Positions 1 to 9,376 of a DNA stretch of 64,000 nucleotides are shown here, one piece after another (position 1 is the stretch's first letter; every line of letters begins with the position of its first letter). The DNA is from Candidatus Ozemobacteraceae bacterium (GTDB taxonomy: Bacteria > Muiribacteriota > Ozemobacteria > Ozemobacterales > Ozemobacteraceae), in assembly GCA_035373905.1 (NCBI GenBank), contig DAOSOK010000013.1, positions 51,579 through 115,578 of the forward strand. The letters are read 5' to 3'. A program made the translations under genes and the position numbers. The notes under the pieces are model-generated. The model did not search any database. It saw nothing but the letters and a program-made list of their open reading frames with translations, and was not told the DNA's origin.

Positions 1-1126
1 CGCCGATCGGGTAGTTCGGCTCGATCTGCTGGATCCGCTCCATGGTCAGCCTGGCCTTGATCGGGTTGTTCGTCAGCAGGTGGCACTTGTAGGCGCCGAC
101 CAGCGCCCGCAGGTTGAACGAGTCGGCGGCAAGGGCCTCGAGATAATGGTCGAGGGCTTCCTTCGCTTTCTTCATCTGCGAGGTCGAGCCGGCGAGCTGC
201 TCCTCGGCGAACAGCAGGCACTCTTGCCCCTTGATGAGGCTCTCCTCGAGGCTCTGCAGCTCGATCTTTTTTTTCAGCCGTAACGCCTCGTTGTCGCCCT
301 CGACAAGCCGCAGGAGCGTATCGACGCATGCCCTTGATTCGCGCAACCGACCGAGCTTGAACAGGATTTCCCCCTTGAGCAGAACGAGCCCGCGATGTAT
401 GGGCAGCACATCCTCGACGATGCCAGCCACGCGCAGGGCATCCTCGTATTTCTCGACCGACGCGAGGGCCTTGCATTCCACCCAGACCAGGTGAGACCGC
501 TTCTTGTTCATCTCGATCCAGTATTCCTGGGCTTTGTGCAGCCGGTCCTTCAGCTGGACGATCAGGTCGGCGCGGCCCAGCTCGGAATAACAGACCGACA
601 GCCCCCGGAGCCCGTCGATATGCATCGGTTCGATTTCAAGTACCTTTTTATATATTTCAAGGCATTCTTCAATATCGGGAATCAGCTCGGCCTGCATCTT
701 CTGAGGGTCCTTGTCCGCGGCCGCCTCGTCGGTGTGCTGCGGTTCGAGCAGAGAAAGGGATCTCGACAGGATCTCCTGCCATTGGGCGCGCGCCTTTTCC
801 AACTGTCTCGTCAGCAGCATGGCGCGAAGATCGGTATACTCGCGACGGTTTCCCATGAAGACGGGAAGTTCGTAGTGGAGCTTCTTGAAAACGTTGTAGG
901 CAGCGCCCGTTTCATTCCGCGCCAACAGTAGCTTTCCGGACAGGAACATCGTCGTCGCGGTTTCACCCGTGCGGTTTTTCAACTCTCCCAGGCGACGTTC
1001 GGCCAATTCATACTTCTCGAGGAGAATCGCGTCGATGACGGGCTGTGCGCCCTCGTCGAGAAGCCTGTCTTCCTGCTGGAATTCATCCGTCACGGCAGAT
1101 TTCGTCTCTTTCCGCTCCTGTGACAT
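1..1126 (-). CDS. TPR-repeat protein; window holds the N-terminal 375 aa, C-terminus lies beyond the window start
   Basis: The minus-strand frame is open from ATG (complement of 1124-1126) to position 1, and a stop lies immediately upstream of that ATG. The translation MSQERKETKS... is helical with TPR-like Leu/Ala/Tyr periodicity. The plus-strand ORFs here are low-complexity antisense shadows. Confidence 0.55.
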   Translation of the reverse strand, partial: MSQERKETKSAVTDEFQQEDRLLDEGAQPVIDAILLEKYELAERRLGELKNRTGETATTMFLSGKLLLARNETGAAYNVFKKLHYELPVFMGNRREYTDLRAMLLTRQLEKARAQWQEILSRSLSLLEPQHTDEAAADKDPQKMQAELIPDIEECLEIYKKVLEIEPMHIDGLRGLSVCYSELGRADLIVQLKDRLHKAQEYWIEMNKKRSHLVWVECKALASVEKYEDALRVAGIVEDVLPIHRGLVLLKGEILFKLGRLRESRACVDTLLRLVEGDNEALRLKKKIELQSLEESLIKGQECLLFAEEQLAGSTSQMKKAKEALDHYLEALAADSFNLRALVGAYKCHLLTNNPIKARLTMERIQQIEPNYPIG

Positions 1127-1401
1127 TCCTTCACCGCCGTTATTTTCGGATTGATCGGCTCGCTTGCCGCCAGTCGATGAGCAATACCTTCGTCGAATCT
1201 GACTCGATGCCCAACTGCCGAAGTTTATCGGTTCGGCGAACCTTTCGTCAACTTGCGAAAAATTGATTCAACCGCATGGTTCCCTTCGAAGTTGATCTCT
1301 AGATCCGTAATACGTACGCTCTGACATCAGAGTGGAGAAATTTTACACATGTTTGTATTCAGAGTAGAATGGGAGAGAAGTGAAATTCAGGAGGTTCAAC
1401 C

Positions 1402-1905
1402 GTGAAATCGTCGTTCAGGCAGTTCTGCTGTCTCATTCTCGTTGCCTCGCTCCTTTTCCAGACCGTTCCGATGGCCATGGCACAGGTCTGCCGGCCCGCG
1501 GGGCCGACGGCTGCCGTCTACAACGAACTTCTCGAGGCGCGGCGCATCTTGGGCATGGATGCCGGTGCGAAGGCATCCCAGGACTGCATCGTCCCCCTCG
1601 ATCGCGCCAAACAATTGGTCGCCGCCCGTGAATTTTCGAAAACCCATTCAGCTCTCGCATCGGACCTGATGCGCGGCATCGAAAAAGCCCGCCTCAAAGT
1701 GCTCTGGAATGACCGTAACGAGGCCCTCATGATCGTGAACCGCCTGCTGGGCCTTCTCGACGATTACGCGAAAAAGCCGATCCCCCAGACGCCATGCGGA
1801 AACGGCCCCGGCGCAGCCAGCGCGTTCGGTGCGGCCGTCGTCGCCGGTCTCGGCGCCCTGTTCGTCGCCATCATGTTCGGATTCGGCCAGGTTTCTCACC
1901 GCTGA
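1402..1905 (+). CDS. hypothetical exported protein (N-terminal signal peptide, C-terminal hydrophobic anchor)
   Basis: GTG start with AGGAGG 7 nt upstream. N-terminus LILVASLLFQTVPMAMA is signal-like; C-terminal AAVVAGLGALFVAIMFGFG is hydrophobic. Confidence 0.5.
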   Translation: MKSSFRQFCCLILVASLLFQTVPMAMAQVCRPAGPTAAVYNELLEARRILGMDAGAKASQDCIVPLDRAKQLVAAREFSKTHSALASDLMRGIEKARLKVLWNDRNEALMIVNRLLGLLDDYAKKPIPQTPCGNGPGAASAFGAAVVAGLGALFVAIMFGFGQVSHR

Positions 1906-1917
1906 TTCGATCGCCGC

Positions 1918-3477
1918 ATGTTCACGCGGGTGGTTTCCGGGGCGATCACGGGGTATGATCCGATCCTCGTCGAAGTAGAGGTCGATCTCGCTCCGGGTCT
2001 GCCGACGTTCAACGTCGTCGGATTGCCCGACACCTCGGTCAACGAATCGCGCGAACGCGTCAGAGCCGCGATCAAAAACGCCGGCTTCGATCTCCCCGCA
2101 AAGCGGATCACGGTGAATCTCGCCCCGGCCGACATCCGGAAAGAAGGCTCGGGGCTCGATCTTCCGCTCGCACTGGCGCTTCTGACGTGCGCCCAGGCCT
2201 TTCCGGCCGACAAACTCGAAGATCTGCTGATCATCGGCGAACTCTCCCTCGACGGCCGCCTCAGGCACACGAAGGGCATCCTTCCGCTCGCGCTGCTGGC
2301 ACGGGAAAAGGGCCTTCGAGGACTGATCGTCCCCGCCGCCAACGCCCGGGAAGCCCGCGTCGTGCCCGGCCTGAACGTGCACGCCTTCGAAACCCTCGCC
2401 GACCTCGTTTCGCAGCTCGTCTCTGCAGGCGATCTTCCTCTTCAGGCGGGCAAAGAGGAATCCGAAGTGGTCTCATCGACGTCCGAAGACGGCGAAGCGT
2501 CGTTCAATCACATCGATCTTGCCGAAATCAAGGGCCAGACGGCCTCACGCCGGGCCATCGAGATTGCCGCGGCAGGCGGCCATTGCCTCCTGCTCTCCGG
2601 GCCGCCGGGTTCCGGAAAGACGATGCTGGCACGGGCTCTGCCCACGATCCTGCCGCCGCTGACGTTCGACGAGGCGATCGAAGTGACTCGCATCTACAGC
2701 GTGCGCGGTCTGGTTCCGCCGGGTGGGGGCCTGATCGAGCGGCGCCCGTTCCGCGACCCGCACCACACCGTTTCCGACGCGGCGCTGATCGGCGGCGGCC
2801 GCACGCCCGGTCCGGGAGAGGTTTCCCTGGCGCATCACGGCGTGCTGTTTCTCGACGAGCTTCCCGAGTTCCGCAAGGCGGTCCTCGAAGGACTTCGCGA
2901 ACCCCTTTCCGAAGGCAGAGTCTCCATCTCCCGAGCGGCCGGGGCAGCCTGCTTCCCCGCCCGCTTCCTGCTCGTCGGGGCGATGAACCCCTGCCCGTGC
3001 GGTTTTGCGGGCGATCCCGCCAGGCACTGCACCTGCTCGGCCCGCCAGGTTCTCGCGTATCAGCAGAAACTCTCGGGGCCGCTTCTCGACCGCATCGACC
3101 TCCACATTCACGTGCCGCGCCTTTCCCCGGAGGAACTCTCCTCGTCCAAGCCGAACGAAGACTCGGCAACCGTCCGGGAGCGCGTCGCAGCCGCGAGGCG
3201 GCGTCAGCACGCGCGCCATCCGCGCGGCCCCCTCATGCTGAATGCGCATCTTCCCCCCCGGCGGCTCAAGTCGGATGCGATTCTCGACGATGCGGCGCAG
3301 CATCTTCTGCTCCAGGCCGTCCGTCGCTTCAACCTGTCGGCCAGGGCATACGACAAGATCGTCCGCGTCGCCCGCACCATCGCCGACCTGGAGGGCACCG
3401 CCGGCATCTCTCCTGCCCACGTCGCCGAAGCCGTCCAGTATCGCCTCTTCGAAGCCCCCAACGCCGTTCCCAGTTGA
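1918..3477 (+). CDS. yifB: YifB/ComM family Mg-chelatase-like AAA+ ATPase
   Basis: N-terminal Lon-protease-like domain (VEVEVDLAPGLPTFNVVGLPD), Walker A LLSGPPGSGKTML, Walker B VLFLDELPEF, C-terminal Mg-chelatase ChlI-like region. 519 aa is the family-typical length. Confidence 0.9.
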   Translation: MFTRVVSGAITGYDPILVEVEVDLAPGLPTFNVVGLPDTSVNESRERVRAAIKNAGFDLPAKRITVNLAPADIRKEGSGLDLPLALALLTCAQAFPADKLEDLLIIGELSLDGRLRHTKGILPLALLAREKGLRGLIVPAANAREARVVPGLNVHAFETLADLVSQLVSAGDLPLQAGKEESEVVSSTSEDGEASFNHIDLAEIKGQTASRRAIEIAAAGGHCLLLSGPPGSGKTMLARALPTILPPLTFDEAIEVTRIYSVRGLVPPGGGLIERRPFRDPHHTVSDAALIGGGRTPGPGEVSLAHHGVLFLDELPEFRKAVLEGLREPLSEGRVSISRAAGAACFPARFLLVGAMNPCPCGFAGDPARHCTCSARQVLAYQQKLSGPLLDRIDLHIHVPRLSPEELSSSKPNEDSATVRERVAAARRRQHARHPRGPLMLNAHLPPRRLKSDAILDDAAQHLLLQAVRRFNLSARAYDKIVRVARTIADLEGTAGISPAHVAEAVQYRLFEAPNAVPS

Positions 3478-3574
3478 ACGCCACGCCATGATGGCGCGGT
3501 ACCGGGGAAGCGTTGACAGGCGGGGGCCGGGTATTGCATCATGACACGACATTCAAGGATACGAGAGGAGCCAC

Positions 3575-5020
3575 ATGATTCAGACCGATTTTCTCAAGGG
3601 AGTCGCTCTTTTTTCAGGTCTCGGCGATGATGAATTCAAGCGCCTGAACGAGCGCGCCGAAGTCGTCAAGTTCGTGCGTGATGCCTTCATCTGCAAAGAA
3701 GGCCAGAAAGCCGACTCGATGTATATCATTCGCTCCGGTATCGTCCAGGTGTTCTGCGACGACGGACACGGCGGCAGAAAGATCCTGACCCACCTGAAGC
3801 AGGGCGAGTATTTCGGGGAAATGGCCCTGTTCACCGATGAACCGCGCACCGCCAGCGTCATCGCCCTCGCAGAGACGGACGTGATCCGGCTCAAGAAGGA
3901 TGACCTGTATGCGATTCTCGAGTCGGCACCCAAGGTCTCGATCGCCATCATTCGCACCCTTTGCGAACGCCTCGCCCGCGCGAACATCGGAAGCGCCGGA
4001 GTCAAGACCGGCTCGGTGTATGCGGTCATGGGCCCCGACACATCGTCAGGCAAGAGCCTGTTCGCGCGCAACCTCGCCCTCGCGATGCAGCAGAATCTCG
4101 GCAAGGACGTTCTCCTGTTCGACCCGAACCTGCGTGACGACCGCGTCGCCCGCCAGCTCGGCGTCGAGCAGCGCTCGCGCATCATCGACGAGCTCGTCGA
4201 CCGCGAGCGGATCGCCGACCTGAAGAAATACATCGTGAAGGCCCCCTGCGGCCTCATGACGCTGCTGCCCCAGGAAAACGGCCTGACCGACCTCCGCCTG
4301 AAGGAGTTCCACACCTTTGCCCTGATCAAAACCATCCTCGAATCCTTCGAGTTCATCGTCATCGATTCGAGCTCGATGTTCACGAAAGTGACCAAGGAGA
4401 TTCTCGAGTCGAGCAGCAAGATCGTGTATCTGATCTCGAGCAAGAACGTCTCCGTGCGCGGCCTGATCGACCATTTCGAGGAAACACGCCGCACCTGGAA
4501 GATCGCCCCCGAGCGCGTTGTCTACGGCGTAAACCGACTGACCGACGATCCGAAGCAGGAAGGCGTCATATCCGAGGCTGACCGCAAGCTCATCTCGTTC
4601 GAGATCCCCTTCGACAAGGCGCTTCACCAGCGCCGCGAGCCCGATCGCGAAACCCTGGTGCAGCGCGACCCCGCCCACCCGCTCGCCACCGTCGCGAAGA
4701 AGCAGGCCGAAGCGATCCTCTACGACCAGGTTCTCACGATCGCCCTGCCGGCTCTCGAAAACGACGCCGCCCGCCGCGAGCTCGCGAAACGCTGGGCCGA
4801 AACCGGCGTCCAGGAACTGTCGAAGAGCCTGCGCAACGTCGAGCTCAAAAGCTCGAAAGATGCCCAGGGCAACGCCTGCCACCTGCTGAGCGGCCGCACG
4901 GCAAAATGGCTGCTGAACCAGCAGATGGTCACCGTCATCGACTTCGCCGGCAAATACAAACAGGAGTTCGCCCTCGACAAGATCATCTTCACCCTCAACG
5001 GCCAGGAAAGCACCGTGTAA
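3575..5020 (+). CDS. cyclic-nucleotide-binding (CAP-type cNMP) domain fused to a CpaE/TadZ-like (MinD/ParA superfamily) pilus-assembly protein with a degenerate Walker A
   Basis: Residues 1-125 carry the cNMP-binding beta-barrel signature (FICKEGQKADSMYIIRSGIVQV ... GEYFGEMALFTDEPRTASVIA). The rest has the CpaE layout (VYAVMGPDTSSGKSLFARNLALAM ... VLLFDPNL ... FIVIDSSS ... VYGVNRL). GPDTSSGKS replaces the canonical KGGxGKT. Confidence 0.75.
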   Translation: MIQTDFLKGVALFSGLGDDEFKRLNERAEVVKFVRDAFICKEGQKADSMYIIRSGIVQVFCDDGHGGRKILTHLKQGEYFGEMALFTDEPRTASVIALAETDVIRLKKDDLYAILESAPKVSIAIIRTLCERLARANIGSAGVKTGSVYAVMGPDTSSGKSLFARNLALAMQQNLGKDVLLFDPNLRDDRVARQLGVEQRSRIIDELVDRERIADLKKYIVKAPCGLMTLLPQENGLTDLRLKEFHTFALIKTILESFEFIVIDSSSMFTKVTKEILESSSKIVYLISSKNVSVRGLIDHFEETRRTWKIAPERVVYGVNRLTDDPKQEGVISEADRKLISFEIPFDKALHQRREPDRETLVQRDPAHPLATVAKKQAEAILYDQVLTIALPALENDAARRELAKRWAETGVQELSKSLRNVELKSSKDAQGNACHLLSGRTAKWLLNQQMVTVIDFAGKYKQEFALDKIIFTLNGQESTV

Positions 5021-5039
5021 TAATTTCTCCTCGTGATGG

Positions 5040-5085
5040 CGAGCGCCGTGATCCGAAATGGATCACGGCGCTCTCTTTTATCGAT
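5040..5085 (+). terminator. intrinsic terminator after the cNMP-CpaE gene
   Basis: Stem gagcgccgtgatcc / ggatcacggcgctc with loop gaaat, followed by tcttttatc. Confidence 0.5.
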
Positions 5086-5112
5086 TCCCGTATATCAGGA
5101 GTCATTGCTGTA

Positions 5113-5212
5113 TCCCGTTCGTGCTGAGCCTGTCGAAGCACGAGATGTTCTCGCCCCCTTCGGCAGTCTCAGGACAGGCTTGGGCATGCTCAGGACGAGC
5201 GGGAGACATTCT
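5113..5212. repeat. REP/MITE-like palindromic element, family A, copy 1
   Basis: Core ccgttcgtgctgagcctgtcgaagcacga with internal hairpin gttcgtgc...gcacgaac. Shares arms with elements at 7120-7262, 9165-9315, 10698-10752 and 36020-36062. Confidence 0.6.
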
Positions 5213-5266
5213 CCAGAAACGAAATGGGTCATCCTCAACCACGAACCTTCTGTCGCAGAACCCGGT

Positions 5267-5848
5267 TCAGAAATGGTCCTGGGCGGGCGTGTCGAGCGGG
5301 CAGTCGAAGGCTGCTCTATAATTGTCATTGCTATTGTTTCCGTCGCCGTCCCAGCGGCCGTTGGCGAAGAACTTCAACTCGATCTCGAATTTGCCGAACT
5401 GCGGGTAGTATGGGGCGTTTCTGAAGAGCAGGTAATCGACGATCTCGCCGGGGCCGAGCGGCCTGAGGCCGCGCCCGACGGTCGGGTGGAACGAGAGAAT
5501 CCGAATGCGCTGGCGCCTGGCCGGCGTTTCTTCTTTCATCGTGATAAACTCGCGCGAGATGCCGTTGATGCTGAGGTAACAGTTCACCATGCCTTCCTGC
5601 GTGAGATACCCGTAATACTCGATGGTGACGGCAAACTCGCCCGGCCGCCGCAGCCACTCGACCGTGACGCTCACTTCGCCGTCGGCATCGACGAACGTGT
5701 GAGCCCGCGCTCCGATCGGCTCCTCATCAGGACTCAACATTCTGATGGTTTTTGGCTTCACGGCGGCCTCCCCCACTGCCTGAAACAAGAACAGGCTCGA
5801 AATCACTGCAATCACGAGGGCCAGAACGAATTCTCTCATCGGTTTCAT
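5267..5848 (-). CDS. hypothetical secreted protein
   Basis: Start MKPMREFVLALVIAVISSLFLFQAVGEA is signal-peptide-like, with GGGAGC RBS upstream. No recognisable domain. Confidence 0.5.
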   Translation of the reverse strand: MKPMREFVLALVIAVISSLFLFQAVGEAAVKPKTIRMLSPDEEPIGARAHTFVDADGEVSVTVEWLRRPGEFAVTIEYYGYLTQEGMVNCYLSINGISREFITMKEETPARRQRIRILSFHPTVGRGLRPLGPGEIVDYLLFRNAPYYPQFGKFEIELKFFANGRWDGDGNNSNDNYRAAFDCPLDTPAQDHF

Positions 5849-6182
5849 TTTTTGCTCCCGAGAATCCACGAACCCGGCAATCCGGGCTCAACAGACTGAA
5901 CGGACGTGAAACGACGAGATGGTCTAAGCATATTTGATGCCAACTCAAGGAATTCAGTTCAGACTACGGTCCGGCATCTCCACGACAGGCCTCATGCCGT
6001 GCTTTTCATCTTCATGTACGACCTTGGAGACACGAAGTCTCGTGAACCGGTCGGCATACAAAAAATGTTGAATTTTTGGATATCAACTTTTTTCCCACGC
6101 CGGCCGATCCGGTCATTTTCTCTTTCCGCGGCAGGCTCCTGGTCGGGGCGACAGCGACAACGGTATTCTATATCTACCGTTT

Positions 6183-7040
6183 CTATTTCTGTTCGTATTT
6201 TTTACATTCACCGGAAACAAGCTCTGCGATGGCTTTGATGATGAACTCTTCAGGCTGCCAATGGAGCAACCACTGGTATCGATCGTCCATATCGACCTCC
6301 AGGAAATACGTCGTGCCATCGAGGCCGACTTTGGAGCCGCGAGATTTGAGGTTCCGGAATTCCGTCGATTCGAGGAGACGGCGAAGCTCTTTGAGGACGG
6401 TGGTGTTCAAGTGTAATTCCGCTCGGGGGACATTGAAGTGCGTCGGAGGAAAGGCGATTGCCCGGCCCGACTCCAGATCGACCTCGAAGGCTCCACTGAC
6501 CGTGCCCATCGGCTGGATCAGGATACGGAGAGTGTTTTTCGGAAGAGGCTTCCAGCCCTGGTTTATCCCGTAGCTTGCGATGAACGACAGCGCCGTCTTC
6601 CTGTCTTCGGTGCCAATCCGGGGGAAGAGGGTGGCCGCTTCATCACCAACAGCGTCGGAATTGTCGGTGAAATTGTTTTTCGCGAACAGAGCGATACTGC
6701 CCCAGTAAGCTTTCTTGAACGCGCCGTTCTGGTGGTCGAGGAAAAACACGCCCATGTCGCCGGGTTTCACCTGCGGGTCGAAGTCCTTCAGCCCGCCGCG
6801 GGTGCTCAGGACGAAGGTCGCTTCGGGGTCTTTCACATCTCCTTTCAGGATGGCGTGAATCCGGATGGTGACCGTGTCCAGATTTTCGTTGTTCTGCGGA
6901 ACGACGCGGAGCACTTCGCCAAGGACGATCAGATTCGCTCTCAGGGGAAGCTCCTTCAGCGGCAAAAGAGCGATCTCTGAAGCCGATACGGCAGTTGCGA
7001 AACAGAGAATTCCGACAATCATGACAAGCAGTTTATTCAT
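6183..7040 (-). CDS. hypothetical secreted protein
   Basis: MNKLLVMIVGILCFATAVSASE signal peptide, GGGGGAG RBS 6 nt upstream of ATG. No recognisable domain. Confidence 0.5.
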   Translation of the reverse strand: MNKLLVMIVGILCFATAVSASEIALLPLKELPLRANLIVLGEVLRVVPQNNENLDTVTIRIHAILKGDVKDPEATFVLSTRGGLKDFDPQVKPGDMGVFFLDHQNGAFKKAYWGSIALFAKNNFTDNSDAVGDEAATLFPRIGTEDRKTALSFIASYGINQGWKPLPKNTLRILIQPMGTVSGAFEVDLESGRAIAFPPTHFNVPRAELHLNTTVLKELRRLLESTEFRNLKSRGSKVGLDGTTYFLEVDMDDRYQWLLHWQPEEFIIKAIAELVSGECKKYEQK

Positions 7041-7119
7041 GTTCACTCCCCCAGAAAGAATCGCCGTATGGACGGATAGACATCGTTCTTTCTTCTATAT
7101 TATTATCTATTGATTGCTG

Positions 7120-7262
7120 CGAGAAAAACATCCGTTCGCCCTGAGCTTGTCGAAGCCTGTCCTGAGCCTGCCGAAGGGGGCGAGAGCCTCTCGTGCTTCG
7201 ACACGCTCAGCACGAACGGGAACGCGACATTGGCTTTTGTCATGCAGGAATTAACAATACAT
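7120..7262. repeat. REP/MITE-like element, family A, copy 2 (full length)
   Basis: Left arm ccgttcgccctgagcttgtcgaag and right arm cgtgcttcgacacgctcagcacgaacgg are inverted repeats. Flanks (...gcttttgtcatgcaggaattaac) match copy 3. Confidence 0.6.
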
Positions 7263-7274
7263 GAACAGGTTTCG

Positions 7275-7763
7275 TTAGGCCTGTCTCTGATCGCCCAGCA
7301 GTTCGAGCGTTCTGTCGTCCTGGACGCCGGAATAATACTTGTCAAGAATCCGGTGGAATGGCGACCCGGGAGGCGAGACGCGGGCGAACAGCGTGGCGCA
7401 GGATTTCAACTTCATGTCGTCCGGCGAGCCGAAGATTTCGTGGGCCGACCGGCCCTCGACGCCGAGAACGGTCTCGGCGCACTCGATGAGCCTTGGGCCG
7501 AGAACGGGATGAGCGATGTATGCCGTCGCCTCGGCGAGGCTTTTGATCGAATACATCTCGGAGATCGGGCTGAAGCCGAGACCTTCGAACTGCGGGAAGA
7601 CGAACCACATCCAGTGGGAACGTTTTCTGCCGTTTTTGAGTTCGACGAGCACGTCGTCATAAACATCGTTTTGCGCCTGCACGAAGCGTTCGAGGTTGAA
7701 CGCATCACCGGATGTTCCGATATTTTCGCCGTTTTTCGAACGACCTTGTTCATGATCGGTCAT
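7275..7763 (-). CDS. DUF1810 family protein
   Basis: Motif HWMWFVFPQ plus the surrounding LERFVQAQ...YDDVLVELKNGRK pattern typical of DUF1810. ATG MTDHEQ preceded by GAGGAG. The upstream in-frame extension covers a palindrome and is unlikely to be translated. Confidence 0.7.
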   Translation of the reverse strand: MTDHEQGRSKNGENIGTSGDAFNLERFVQAQNDVYDDVLVELKNGRKRSHWMWFVFPQFEGLGFSPISEMYSIKSLAEATAYIAHPVLGPRLIECAETVLGVEGRSAHEIFGSPDDMKLKSCATLFARVSPPGSPFHRILDKYYSGVQDDRTLELLGDQRQA

Positions 7764-7834
7764 GGGGGCTCCTCTCGTATACATATTTGCATCATGGCTG
7801 CGCACACATTGACACATTTTCGCGTTTGCGAGGT

Positions 7835-7862
7835 GTGGGCGGGTTTCAAACCCGCCCCTACA
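7835..7862. repeat. GC-rich palindrome, family B, copy 1; terminator-like hairpin downstream of the minus-strand operon ending at 7940
   Basis: tgggcgggtttcaaacccgccccta is a perfect 10-bp-stem palindrome, near-identical to 45530-45560 and 61158-61184. Confidence 0.5.
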
Positions 7863-7939
7863 GAAGATGTATGAAGGATGTCGCACAAGATATTATCATA
7901 TAGTTTGTATTATAATACCATCATCCAGAAGACTGCTGG

Positions 7940-8233
7940 CTATGCGAGGGCAAGAAGGAGGGCGAGGATGAGGCCCCAGGTGACGATCTTGAAGGTCAGA
8001 AAGCCGATGAAGAATTCGGGGTTTTCGCTGGAAAGGAGGTTCTTTCGATAATACCTGATATTCTGGACATAGTAGGCGGTAATGATGCCGTAGGCGAACA
8101 TGCTCGGCAGGGCCTGAGGATGCGGCGACAGGACGAGATCGAGATAGAAAATCAGAAGCGTCAGGTAAAACGAGATTCCGTAGGGCCAACAGCACTCCCT
8201 CGAATAAAATCGCCTGATATTGTTCAACAACAT
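7940..8233 (-). CDS. small hydrophobic membrane protein, hypothetical
   Basis: MLLNNIRRFY... contains two predicted TM segments. It starts 3 nt after the stop of the upstream nuclease gene. Lower-GC patch. Confidence 0.35.
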   Translation of the reverse strand: MLLNNIRRFYSRECCWPYGISFYLTLLIFYLDLVLSPHPQALPSMFAYGIITAYYVQNIRYYRKNLLSSENPEFFIGFLTFKIVTWGLILALLLALA

Positions 8234-8235
8234 CC

Positions 8236-9170
8236 TCAATGCGATATCGTCCCCTTCCCGGGCCCGGCCGTTTCTGCGCCGCTTTTGATCGAGCGGCGCA
8301 GGCGTTCGATCAGCTCCTGCCGGGTTGCGGGCCGCAACCGTTCTTTCAGAACCCGGGCAAGGCGAACGCCGGCCCGCATCAACTGCATCTCGGCCACGGG
8401 TCTCACGCGCGCGAGCCATTCCGACGAAATGACGAACCCGGGCTGATACGAATAGCCCCATTCGTGACCGAGTGCGTGAGACTCGTTCACCCAGTCCGTA
8501 ACCGTGCCGGTGGCGAGGGCGGCGGTGTCGGTAGCCAGGATCTTTTCGAGGAGCATGCGGGCGATCTGCTTCTCGTTCATTCCGAACGACTCGACGATGC
8601 GAAAATCCCAGACATGATGAAGCTTCATCTTTTCGCCATTCAGCTCGACGATCGTGGTGTTTCCACCGGCGTCACCGCGATCGATGCAATGGAGCGGCTG
8701 ATGAAGGTCACCGACGATATGGACAAGGAATTTCAGCGCTTCCCGTCGTTCCCGTTCTGATTTCTCCGTATTTCCGACATCGTTCTGCATGCGCAGGAAC
8801 GCGTTCACGATGAAATCGCCATTCGGCGCATCCCGTCTTTCATCGTATCCAGGGGCGTCGAACGGAATCTCCACGTAATGATAATGCTCCGTTTCCGGTC
8901 TCTGGGGCCGGACATGATCGGCCCATCCGGCAACGGAAACGAGCGTGGCGGGACGACGTTCTGCCGAGAGCAGGCGCATCGCCTCTACGTATGCGCCCTT
9001 CGCATCCGCGACATCCGAGCTGATGCCGGGAATCGGCCGATCGGTCCTGAGGAGATCCGCGGCGAGGATGGCGATGATCCGATGGCCGGGGCCGCTCCAT
9101 GCGCCTGCCATCCGGACATCCGTGATGCCGCAGAGAAGAAGGATGACCAATATGAACCTGCTCTTGATTC
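8236..9170 (-). CDS. S1/P1 nuclease family (zinc-dependent single-strand-specific endonuclease) homolog; exact start uncertain
   Basis: WSGPGHRIIAILAADLL, HYHYVEIPFD and EALKFLVHIVGDLHQPLHCIDRGDAGGN...HHVWD align with the P1-nuclease Zn ligand blocks (WGxxGH ... LRFLVHFIGDMTQPLH ... HSDWD). The in-frame ORF extends to 9522 only by reading through the REP element. The likely start is a non-ATG codon near 9160-9170, or ATG at 9111. Confidence 0.7.
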
Positions 9171-9315
9171 CTGCAGCATGAAAGCCACCCGTTCGCCCTG
9201 AGCCTGTCGAAGGGCGAAATGAGGAATCATCGGCAAGTGGCTGTTCGTGCTTCGACAAGCTCAGCACGAACGGAGACACGAAGCTGGTTTTTGATATGCA
9301 GGACTCAATAGTTGG
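9165..9315. repeat. REP/MITE-like element, family A, copy 3 (full length)
   Basis: cccgttcgccctgagcctgtcgaagg ... gttcgtgcttcgacaagctcagcacgaacgg. Translates as ...FVLSLSKHE... inside the spurious ORF extension. Confidence 0.6.
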
Positions 9316-9376
9316 TGTGCCCTGCATATTCCACGATCGATGCCGATGATTCATAGTTCCTCGATATGTATGTCGT

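Noticed and set aside
2187-3552. Arg/Pro-rich alternative-frame ORFs (434 aa plus, 335 aa minus) inside yifB
   Set aside because: Frame-shifted readings of a gene whose main frame carries complete Walker A/B and Mg-chelatase motifs.
5033-5899. 288-aa plus-strand ORF and 5058..5321 / 7103..7345 ORFs containing FVLSLSKHE
   Set aside because: They read through REP family A elements and the antisense of the secreted-protein gene 5267..5848. The recurring peptide is a translation artefact of the repeat.
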